45,640 bases of DNA, from contig CAYVYQ010000002.1 in assembly GCA_964455855.1 (NCBI GenBank), positions 1 to 45,640 of the forward strand. The letters are read 5' to 3'. Source of the DNA: an uncultured Gammaproteobacteria bacterium (lineage in GTDB: Bacteria > Pseudomonadota > Gammaproteobacteria > Magnimaribacterales > D2472). The translations under genes and the position numbers were made by a program. The notes beneath the pieces are model-generated. The model was not told where the DNA came from. It saw only the letters and a program-made list of their open reading frames with translations, and made no database searches. This document shows, piece after piece, positions 37,192 through 44,676 of the stretch (position 1 is the first letter of the stretch; the number at the start of each line of letters is the position of its first letter).

Positions 37192-37977
37192 ATGAATTTA
37201 AACACTATAAATGATATAGCTTCAGAGCTATTTTTGGCTTTAAAAAACCAAGAAACAGTTCAGCCACTCTCTGACAAATATGTTGAGATAGATATTAATG
37301 ATGCTTATCAAATTTCTCGAAAGTTTCTTTCATTACGAGAAGACCAAGGTGAAAAGGTTATTGGAAAGAAAATTGGCGTTACAAGTCCAGTTGTTCAAGA
37401 AATGCTTGGGGTCAACCAACCAGATTTTGGTTTTTTAACAGACAATATGCAAGTTAAAAATAAATCAAATTTCTCAATAAAAGATTCTTTGATTCAACCT
37501 AGAGCAGAAGCTGAAATTGCTTTTATTTTAAAAGAAGATATTCAAGGACCTGGAATTACAAAGGAAGATGTCATTTTAGCAACTGACAAAATTATGCCAT
37601 GTTTTGAAATTGTTGACTCACGAATTGATGATTGGAAAATTAAAATTCAAGATACTATCGCTGATAATGCATCATGTGGAATCTTCGTTTTAGGGGAAGG
37701 ATCATCTTCTCCTGAAAAGTTTCCAATGGATGAGTTGGAGGTAATTGTTCATAAGAATGGAGAATTTTTGTCATCAGGCTTTGGTTCTGCGGTTCAAGGT
37801 CATCCAGCAGAAGCAGTTGCATGGCTTGCAAATACTTTGGGTGAGTATGACATCCCGTTGCTCAAAGGTGAGTTTATTTTATCTGGATCTTTAGTTCCTC
37901 TTGAGCCTGCAATAGCTGGGGATAGTTTTTCATTAGAACTCAAAGGTGTTGGAACCTGTGAAATTAATTTTATTTAA
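37192..37977 (+). CDS. hsaE: 2-keto-4-pentenoate (2-hydroxypentadienoate) hydratase, HsaE/BphH/MhpD-like
   Basis: 261-aa FAH-fold hydratase pattern ([21 protein letters not shown]), 2 nt after hsaD. Confidence 0.82.
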   Translation: MNLNTINDIASELFLALKNQETVQPLSDKYVEIDINDAYQISRKFLSLREDQGEKVIGKKIGVTSPVVQEMLGVNQPDFGFLTDNMQVKNKSNFSIKDSLIQPRAEAEIAFILKEDIQGPGITKEDVILATDKIMPCFEIVDSRIDDWKIKIQDTIADNASCGIFVLGEGSSSPEKFPMDELEVIVHKNGEFLSSGFGSAVQGHPAEAVAWLANTLGEYDIPLLKGEFILSGSLVPLEPAIAGDSFSLELKGVGTCEINFI

Positions 37978-37979
37978 TT

Positions 37980-38903
37980 ATGAGTAAAGTCAAATGTGCA
38001 ATTATTGGATCTGGAAATATAGGCACGGATCTGATGTTAAAAATTATCAAAACCTCTCAATCATTATCTCTAAATGGAGTAATAGGAATTGACCCTGAGT
38101 CTGAAGGCCTAGCAATGGCAAAATCTCAAAATATTGCGATTTCATCAACAGGCTTGGAGGGCTTTATGGAAATGGATGAATACCAAGAAACTGAAATATT
38201 TTTTGATGCAACATCTGCTGGTGCTCATAAGAATCATCACGACTTAATTATCAATGATGGCAAGCAGATGATAGACCTTACCCCAGCAGCAATAGGCCCA
38301 TATTGCGTCCCAGTTGTTAATTTAACTGAACATTTAAAAGAAAAGAATGTAAATATGGTGACCTGTGGAGGCCAAGCCACCATCCCAATGGTTGCAGCGG
38401 TTAATCAAGTTTCTAGTGTGAAATATGCTGAGATAGTTGCATCTGTTTCTTCAAAGTCTGCCGGGCCAGGAACGAGAGCGAACATCGATGAATTTACTCA
38501 AACAACTAAGCTAGGGCTTGAAAAAGTTGGAGGAGCAGACAGAGCCAAGGCAATCATAGTGCTTAATCCTGCTGAACCCCCTCTATTAATGAGAAATACT
38601 GTTTTTACTTTGTGTGATCCTGTTGATCAACAGTTAGTTAAAGATAGCATTGAGGCAATGGTAGAGCGTGTTCAGTCTTACGTACCAGGATATCGATTAA
38701 AGCAAGAAGTTCAATTTGAAAGATTTGGTTCTAATAATCCATGCCTTATTCCTGGCTATGGTGAGTTTGAGGGATTGAAAGCGTCCATTTTCCTAGAAGT
38801 TGAGGGTGCTGGGCACTATTTGCCAACCTATGCAGGAAATTTAGATATTATGACTTCCGCTGCTATGGGAACCGCACAGGAATTAATCAAACTGAACTCA
38901 TGA
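37980..38903 (+). CDS. hsaG: Acetaldehyde dehydrogenase (acylating), HsaG/BphJ/MhpF-like
   Basis: [13 protein letters not shown]-terminus, active-site region [10 protein letters not shown], and length of 307 aa. Confidence 0.9.
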   Translation: MSKVKCAIIGSGNIGTDLMLKIIKTSQSLSLNGVIGIDPESEGLAMAKSQNIAISSTGLEGFMEMDEYQETEIFFDATSAGAHKNHHDLIINDGKQMIDLTPAAIGPYCVPVVNLTEHLKEKNVNMVTCGGQATIPMVAAVNQVSSVKYAEIVASVSSKSAGPGTRANIDEFTQTTKLGLEKVGGADRAKAIIVLNPAEPPLLMRNTVFTLCDPVDQQLVKDSIEAMVERVQSYVPGYRLKQEVQFERFGSNNPCLIPGYGEFEGLKASIFLEVEGAGHYLPTYAGNLDIMTSAAMGTAQELIKLNS

Positions 38904-39916
38904 GTAAGCTTTATATACAAGATGTCACGCTAAGAGATGGTATGCACGCAATCAGACATCAATATGGTTTAGATCATGTAATTGAGATTGCAAAAGCATT
39001 AGATGAGGCTAAAGTTGATGCCATTGAGGTAGCTCATGGAGATGGTTTGTCTGGATCTTCTTTTAATTATGGTTTTGGAGCTCATACAGATAAAGAATGG
39101 ATTGGAGCAGTTGCTGAGAAATTAAATCATGCAAAACTTACAACTCTTATTTTGCCTGGAATTGCAATTAAAGAGGATCTTAAGTGGGCATGGGATCTTG
39201 GGGTTAGATCGGTCAGAGTTGCAACTCACTGCACCGAGGCAGATGTTTCTAAGCAGCACATAGAGTTTGCAAGAGAATTAGGCATGGATACCATTGGTTT
39301 TTTGATGATGTCACATATGACCTCACCATCAAACTTAGCTGAGCAAGCAAAATTAATGGAGTCCTATGGAGCTGAATGTGTATATGTTGTTGATTCGGGC
39401 GGCGCATTGAGCATGGAAGATGTAGCAGATAGATTTAAAGCTTTTAAAGATACCTTAGATTCTAAAACTCAAACAGGCATGCATGCCCATCATAATTTAT
39501 CTTTAGGAGTTGCTAATTCAATTATTGCTGTTGAAAATGGAGCAAATAGAGTTGATGCAAGTCTTGCTGGGATGGGTGCCGGAGCAGGGAATGCCCCTCT
39601 TGAAGTTTTTATTGCTGCAATTGATAGGTTGGGGTGGGAGCATGGAACAGATCTCTTTAAATTAATGGATGCTGCTGAAGAGCTTGTTCGCCCATTGCAG
39701 GATAGGCCCGTTAGAGTAGATAGAGAAACTTTAACATTGGGTTATGCTGGGGTTTATTCATCCTTTTTAAGGCATGCTGAATCAGCTGCTGAAACTTATG
39801 ATCTTGATACAAGAGAAATTCTTGTTGAGCTAGGAAAGAGAAAGATGGTGGGCGGTCAAGAAGATATGATTGTCGATGTAGCCTTAGATTTATTGAAAAA
39901 GAAATCTCAATCATGA
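38900..39916 (+). CDS. hsaF: 4-hydroxy-2-oxovalerate aldolase, HsaF/BphI/MhpE-like
   Basis: [11 protein letters not shown]-terminus and [12 protein letters not shown] metal site. ATGA overlap with hsaG. Confidence 0.9.
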   Translation: MSKLYIQDVTLRDGMHAIRHQYGLDHVIEIAKALDEAKVDAIEVAHGDGLSGSSFNYGFGAHTDKEWIGAVAEKLNHAKLTTLILPGIAIKEDLKWAWDLGVRSVRVATHCTEADVSKQHIEFARELGMDTIGFLMMSHMTSPSNLAEQAKLMESYGAECVYVVDSGGALSMEDVADRFKAFKDTLDSKTQTGMHAHHNLSLGVANSIIAVENGANRVDASLAGMGAGAGNAPLEVFIAAIDRLGWEHGTDLFKLMDAAEELVRPLQDRPVRVDRETLTLGYAGVYSSFLRHAESAAETYDLDTREILVELGKRKMVGGQEDMIVDVALDLLKKKSQS

Positions 39917-40785
39917 AAATTGGCATGACCCTCCCGGTCATGGAACCTGATTTATCCAGGCAAGACCTAGAAGATTGGACCTTGCGAGTAGACGCTGGCC
40001 CATGGTCGCATATTGCTTTAGGAGAAAGAATTTTATTTCCCAACCCTGAATTCATCTCTACTTTAAGTGCAGTAGCTGCATGGACCAAGCGTGTGGAGAT
40101 CATTGCAACCATATCTGTTTTGACAATGCATAACCCAATATTGAGCGCTAAACAGTTTGCAACAATTGATATGATCTCAGAGGGTAGGTTTACCCTTGGT
40201 GTAGGGGTTGGGGGCAGAGAAGAAGACTATAATGCTATTGGTTCCACATGGTCTGATAGAAGGTGGGCTACACTTTCTGATCGTGTTAAAACCATGCAAT
40301 CAGTTTGGTCAAAGGAATATCATCCTAGTTTAGGGCCAACACCCTTTTCTATGAATGGACCTCAAATATTGGCAGGCGCAGTAGGTCCTAAGGCCATGGA
40401 AATGTCAGCTGATTTTGCAGATGGCTTGGCTGGATTTTCATTTAATGCAGATATTGAAGAAATTAAAGATTCATTTAATCGAGTGCAAAAAGCATTTAAG
40501 GAAAAAAATAAATCTCCTAGATTGGTCACCAGTTTCTGGTTTGGGCTAGGTGAATCTGCTCGACCAGACATTCAAATCCACCTTGAACGGTATTTAAGTT
40601 GGATGGGTGATGATCTTGCAAGAGATTTAGCAAAAACAGCAGGTTTTTCAGGTAGTCAAAGTGATTTGAACGATTTTCTCTTATTGGTCAAAGCTGCTGG
40701 CGCAACAGATGTAATTTTGGTGCCTACATCAAAAAACATTGAACAACTAATCTTAGCAGAAGAGGTGATTGCTGGATTTAGCTAA
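39913..40785 (+). CDS. Luciferase-like monooxygenase (LLM) class flavin-dependent oxidoreductase
   Basis: 290-aa TIM-barrel LLM pattern ([18 protein letters not shown]). ATGA overlap with hsaF. Confidence 0.7.
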   Translation: MKIGMTLPVMEPDLSRQDLEDWTLRVDAGPWSHIALGERILFPNPEFISTLSAVAAWTKRVEIIATISVLTMHNPILSAKQFATIDMISEGRFTLGVGVGGREEDYNAIGSTWSDRRWATLSDRVKTMQSVWSKEYHPSLGPTPFSMNGPQILAGAVGPKAMEMSADFADGLAGFSFNADIEEIKDSFNRVQKAFKEKNKSPRLVTSFWFGLGESARPDIQIHLERYLSWMGDDLARDLAKTAGFSGSQSDLNDFLLLVKAAGATDVILVPTSKNIEQLILAEEVIAGFS

Positions 40786-40897
40786 AAAATAATTATTTTT
40801 ATAAAAATTGACAAATTAAATCCATCTGTTACTCGTTGATTATTTAATGTATTTATATAATAGTTATTACTAGTTTTATAAATATAGGGAGAATATT
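40786..40897. promoter_or_regulatory. Internal AT-rich control region of the cluster
   Basis: This 112-nt gap is the only sizeable gap inside the cluster. It holds the 16-nt all-AT palindrome AAAAATAATTATTTTT (40785-40800), TTTTATA at 40797 and 40874, TTGACA at 40808, TATAAT at 40856 and SD AGGGAGA before the TTG at 40898. The TTGACA/TATAAT spacing is non-canonical. Confidence 0.4.
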
Positions 40898-41335
40898 TTG
40901 ACCGATCAAGAGCTAATAGCACCTGAGCTTCCAGAGCAAAAAGATCCTTCGACTAGTAGTTTAGAGCCTGGTTGGTACAAGGTTGCAAATAGCGATGATA
41001 TTGCTTCAAAGTCAGCAGTTCAAATTGATGACTTCCCAACTCAAATCGTGGTTTGGAGAGGAGAAGATTCAGTTTTAAGAGCTTTAGATTTGTATTGCAA
41101 GCATATGGGAGCTTCTTTAGCTTGTGGTGAGGTTGATGAAAACAGCATTAGATGTCCATTCCATGCTTGGCGCTGGGCAGGAAACGGGCAATGCGATCAA
41201 ATCCCTTATGCAAAAAAAATTCCTACCAAGGCTGTAACTCGCTCATGGGAAGTAAGTGAAGATAATGGGTTGGTATATGTTTGGTTTGATAAAGATCAAA
41301 ACCCAGCAGATCCAGATGGAAAAAAGTTTAATTAA
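40898..41335 (+). CDS. Stand-alone KshA-type Rieske [2Fe-2S] domain protein
   Basis: 145 aa, TTG start with SD AGGGAGA. Rieske ligands C67-x-H69 ... C86-x-x-H89 (YCKHMG ... RCPFHAWRW, nt 41096-41164). GNGQCDQIPYAKKIP...TRSW...VWFD resembles the KshA N-terminal domain and ends at the domain boundary. Confidence 0.8.
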   Translation: MTDQELIAPELPEQKDPSTSSLEPGWYKVANSDDIASKSAVQIDDFPTQIVVWRGEDSVLRALDLYCKHMGASLACGEVDENSIRCPFHAWRWAGNGQCDQIPYAKKIPTKAVTRSWEVSEDNGLVYVWFDKDQNPADPDGKKFN

Positions 41336-41350
41336 AGATAGGAGATAGCA

Positions 41351-42196
41351 ATGAGTGATTTACCAGATAGGTTTCCAAGAGGGTGGTTTGTTTTAGGTCA
41401 TCAAAGAGATTTTCCCATTGGAGAAACAAAAATAATTTTTGGGTTCAATAATAAAATATCAATTTCAAGAAATGAGGATAGATCTGTATCGGTGGATGTT
41501 GGAGGAGATTCCTCATGGCCAGTATTGGAATTAAATCAAATGGTTATGGTATGGCATGATGTTGAGAAGAAAGCTCCTGATTTCACTCCTGATAAAATAG
41601 AAGAATGTTATTCAGATGATTGGTCAGACTATGGTATGGCAAGTTTCTTGGTCAAGAATAATTGTCGAGAGCTGATTGATAACATGGCTGATAAAGGTCA
41701 TTTTGGTCCGGTTCATCAAGCTCCATTTGAGGGGTTTTGGAATGAGGCCAAAGACCATACTTACACACAAGAAATGACAGCAGATAGCCCTATCTTAGGA
41801 AGAGACTTATTTTCTCAAGCAAGATATGAAGGACCTGCATACATGACGACTTACATGAGTGCTGTTCATGATGGAGCAAAGGTTGAGAGCAGGCTTTTGG
41901 TGAGCCACATACCCTTAACGCTAACTTCTTTTGTAATTAATTTTGGAGTGATGGTAAAAAAAGTACCTGGTATGTCTGCTGAAGATGAGGCTGCCTTTAT
42001 CCAAGGTTATGTTGATGCTAATAATTTTGCTTTTGGCCAAGACGTAGCCATTTGGGAAAATAAGATCTATATTCCTGATCCTGTAGTTTGTGATGGAGAT
42101 GGACCTTTGCATAAGCTCAGAAAATGGTACGGACAGTTCTTGGTTAATAGAGTTGATATTCCTCCTGGCTTAGATTTGGAAAAAAGAGAATTTTAA
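41351..42196 (+). CDS. KshA-like catalytic (non-heme iron) subunit with a ligand-less remnant Rieske domain
   Basis: 281 aa with SD TAGGAGA. The N-terminus RFPRGWFVLGHQRDF is KshA-like, but the following roughly 50 residues contain no Cys-x-His / Cys-x-x-His. The catalytic region NCRELIDNMADKGHFGPVH and QDVAIWENK keeps the 2-His-1-Asp positions. C-terminal LHKLRKWYGQF. Confidence 0.78.
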   Translation: MSDLPDRFPRGWFVLGHQRDFPIGETKIIFGFNNKISISRNEDRSVSVDVGGDSSWPVLELNQMVMVWHDVEKKAPDFTPDKIEECYSDDWSDYGMASFLVKNNCRELIDNMADKGHFGPVHQAPFEGFWNEAKDHTYTQEMTADSPILGRDLFSQARYEGPAYMTTYMSAVHDGAKVESRLLVSHIPLTLTSFVINFGVMVKKVPGMSAEDEAAFIQGYVDANNFAFGQDVAIWENKIYIPDPVVCDGDGPLHKLRKWYGQFLVNRVDIPPGLDLEKREF

Positions 42197-42219
42197 TCTC
42201 TCAACTAATTTATTAAAAA

Positions 42220-42687
42220 GTGAAGCTCTCACTCGACGACCTTGATCATAAGATTCTGCAAATTCTTGAAGAAGATGGACGTGCACCAGCAAAATTTATT
42301 GCAGAGAAACTATCTGTAAATGAAGTAACCGTTAGCAAACGACTGACAAAAATTATTGACGGCGGTTTTTGCAAAATTATTGCAATCGCTGATTTTGAAA
42401 AATGTGGTTATGACTACTTACTCCCAATCGGCATAAGAGTTCAGGGTGATAAGTTGGAGGAGGTTGCAGAGATTCTTTCTCAGCAAAAAGAAGTATTTAG
42501 TGTAAATGTTGTTAGTGGAATTCAGGATATTGAAATTCTGTGTGCTACGCAAAGCTTAAATGAGACAAAACTATTTTTAGATGAAACCTTGCCATCTATT
42601 GTTGGAATTAAAAGCATTGCTCCTGCAATTGCATCAAATGTATACAAATTTGAAACAGATTGGACTCCTTTTGCAAATGAAGCTTGA
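42220..42687 (+). CDS. Lrp/AsnC family transcriptional regulator (copy 1)
   Basis: GTG start. LDDLDHKILQILEEDGRAPAKFIAEKLSVNEVTVSKRL HTH followed by a RAM/ACT-like C-terminal domain. Confidence 0.85.
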   Translation: MKLSLDDLDHKILQILEEDGRAPAKFIAEKLSVNEVTVSKRLTKIIDGGFCKIIAIADFEKCGYDYLLPIGIRVQGDKLEEVAEILSQQKEVFSVNVVSGIQDIEILCATQSLNETKLFLDETLPSIVGIKSIAPAIASNVYKFETDWTPFANEA

Positions 42688-43132
42688 TCAAACTGATAAA
42701 AAAATTATTCAATTGCTCGGTGCTGATGCAAGAATGTCAAACAATCAAATGGCTAAGGTCATTGGCGTAACCGAAGGTACAGTTCGCAATAGAATCCAAA
42801 AACTTATTAAAAATAAAGTTATTAAAATCTCCGTTATAAATAATATAAATCGCATGGAGAATCCATCACTTGCTTTCGTGGGATTAGATGTTGAAACTCG
42901 AGCAAAAGATTCTGTTGCCAAAGCTCTTTCAAAAATGAAGGAGGTAAGGTTCGTTTCAACTCTGTTGGGCCGTCATGATCTTATGGTCTTCATTCTTGCT
43001 GAAGATGTAACCAAGCTTTCTAAAGTTTTATATGAAGAAATTTCTTCTTTGCCTGGTGTAAGATTTTCAGAATCATCTATTGGATTAAAGTATTACAAAT
43101 ATGATTATCGATGGGCCAGGATATTAGATTGA
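42677..43132 (+). CDS. Lrp/AsnC family transcriptional regulator (copy 2)
   Basis: The ATG at 42677 gives MKLDQTDKKIIQLLGADARMSNNQMAKVIGVTEGTVRNRIQKL plus a RAM-like domain. Overlaps copy 1 by 11 nt. The longer 42581 start adds only out-of-frame overlap with copy 1. Confidence 0.85.
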   Translation: MKLDQTDKKIIQLLGADARMSNNQMAKVIGVTEGTVRNRIQKLIKNKVIKISVINNINRMENPSLAFVGLDVETRAKDSVAKALSKMKEVRFVSTLLGRHDLMVFILAEDVTKLSKVLYEEISSLPGVRFSESSIGLKYYKYDYRWARILD

Positions 43133-44676
43133 AGACATTAAATACATTCACTATTCCTGCGCTCATTAAATTGCAGGCTGAGAATTTTTCTGCAAAGCCT
43201 GCCCTAATTTCTGAGAATGAGACATTATCTTTTGCAGATCTAGATAATCTATCAACCAATATTGCTACCCATTTGATAAATCTTGGGATCTTGCAGGGTG
43301 ATAGGGTAGCGATCTGGGCACCTAACATGAATGAATGGGTGCTAGCAGCTATCGCTATTCATAAAGCTGGAGGAGTTTTAGTTCCAATTAACACGCGAAT
43401 GAAAGGCAAAGAAGCTGCCTATATTTTGAATAATTCTGAAGCTAAAATATTATTCAGTGTCAAAACTTTTCTTGGTATAGATTACTTTAAGTTACTTGAA
43501 AAAGAGGACTTGCCCCATCTAGAACATCAAATTGCCCTTGATGAAGATAATGCCGAAGACTCTAATCTAGCTTTTTCATATTTAAAAGAACAAACCTTGA
43601 ATCTTGAAATGCCTGAAGTCAGTGAAACAGACATGGCTGATATTATTTTTACTTCTGGAACTACCGGTAAGCCTAAAGGAGTAATTTCTTCTCATTTACA
43701 AAACATCAAAGTATTTGATTATTGGTCAACATACATTGGCTTAACTGAAAATGATCGCTATTTAATTGTAAATCCATTTTTTCATACCTTTGGCTATAAG
43801 GCTGGATGGCTTGCTGCTGTAATGAAGGGTGCAACAGCATATCCATGCCCAGTATTTGATGCAGATAAAATCATTGAGACGATCAATGAGCAAAAAATAT
43901 CAATGCTACCAGGCCCGCCAACTCTTTATCAGTCAATTCTCACGAGCAAATTAATAAACACCCTGAACATTTCTTCTCTGAGATTAGGGGTAACTGGAGC
44001 AGCATCTATTCCAGTTCAGCTAATCAAAGATATGAAAGAAAAATTAGGCTTTGAGACTGTAATTACGGCATATGGGCTTACAGAAAGCACGGGCGTTGTA
44101 ACCATGTGCACACCCAATGATGACTATGAGACCATTGCTACAACCTCGGGTTGTGCTATTGCAGATGTAGAAGTTAAATGTGTGAATCAGGATGGGGAAG
44201 AGGTTGGGATAGATGAGCCTGGAGAGATATTGGTAAGAGGTTATAACATTACTCAAGGTTATTTTAATAATCCAGAGGCCACTCAAGAGGCGATAGACAG
44301 AGATGGTTGGTTACACACTGGCGATATTGGAATGCTCGATGCTAATGGCTATATAAAAATAACCGATAGAAGCAAGGACATGTTTATTGTGGGTGGATTT
44401 AATGCATATCCTGCGGAGATAGAAAATATTCTTTGCGATCATCCCGCAATCTCTCAAGCAGCTGTAGTTGGTATTGAGGATGAAAGGATGGGTGAGGTTG
44501 CCAAAGCTTTTATTATCCTGAAACCCGATCAAGATTTAGATGCTGATTCTCTGCTCCAATGGTCCAAAGATAATATGGCTAACTATAAGGTTCCAAGAGA
44601 GGTGGAGTTTGTGAGAGAATTACCCACAAATGCTGCTGGAAAAATAATGAAATACCTTTTAAAGGATGAATCATGA
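43111..44676 (+). CDS. AMP-dependent acyl-CoA synthetase (FadD3-like by context)
   Basis: 521 aa. AMP-binding motif TSGTTGKPKGV, YGLTE, GWLHTGD, and a C-terminal PxxxxGK motif. Overlaps Lrp copy 2 by 22 nt. Confidence 0.85.
   Translation: MGQDIRLKTLNTFTIPALIKLQAENFSAKPALISENETLSFADLDNLSTNIATHLINLGILQGDRVAIWAPNMNEWVLAAIAIHKAGGVLVPINTRMKGKEAAYILNNSEAKILFSVKTFLGIDYFKLLEKEDLPHLEHQIALDEDNAEDSNLAFSYLKEQTLNLEMPEVSETDMADIIFTSGTTGKPKGVISSHLQNIKVFDYWSTYIGLTENDRYLIVNPFFHTFGYKAGWLAAVMKGATAYPCPVFDADKIIETINEQKISMLPGPPTLYQSILTSKLINTLNISSLRLGVTGAASIPVQLIKDMKEKLGFETVITAYGLTESTGVVTMCTPNDDYETIATTSGCAIADVEVKCVNQDGEEVGIDEPGEILVRGYNITQGYFNNPEATQEAIDRDGWLHTGDIGMLDANGYIKITDRSKDMFIVGGFNAYPAEIENILCDHPAISQAAVVGIEDERMGEVAKAFIILKPDQDLDADSLLQWSKDNMANYKVPREVEFVRELPTNAAGKIMKYLLKDES

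Noticed and set aside
24114-39916. Interpreting the HsaC/HsaD/HsaEGF-like genes as a biphenyl or phenylpropionate (bph/mhp) aromatic meta-cleavage operon
   Set aside because: These genes are interleaved with IpdAB, IpdC, an EchA20-like crotonase, an alpha/beta ACAD pair, a thiolase and a FadD3-like ligase, and lie next to KshA-like genes. That combination is characteristic of steroid-nucleus degradation. No aromatic ring-hydroxylating dioxygenase alpha/beta/ferredoxin set is present.
39711-40112. 133-aa minus-strand ORF spanning the hsaF/LLM junction
   Set aside because: It lies antisense to two strongly supported, translationally coupled genes. It has no SD and no recognisable domain.
40808-40861. 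TTGACA (40808) plus TATAAT (40856) as a canonical sigma-70 promoter for the kshA-like genes
   Set aside because: The hexamers are 42 nt apart, not 16-18 nt. The TATAAT may be a real -10 element but has no good -35 at proper spacing, so only a generic control region is annotated.
40898-42196. The two KshA-like ORFs as a frameshifted kshA pseudogene
   Set aside because: Each ORF has its own SD and its own copy of the KshA N-terminal lead-in motif. ORF1 ends exactly at the domain boundary. ORF2 keeps the catalytic iron ligands. A single indel in one ancestral gene cannot produce that pattern. Sequencing error still needs to be excluded experimentally.
42220-43132. The Lrp/AsnC-like pair as AhbA/AhbB or NirDL/GH-type siroheme decarboxylase subunits rather than regulators
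   Set aside because: The N-termini carry the classic Lrp HTH pattern (LQxxEEDGRAP / LLGADARMS). No heme d1 or alternative heme biosynthesis genes are nearby. This cannot be fully excluded without profile searches.
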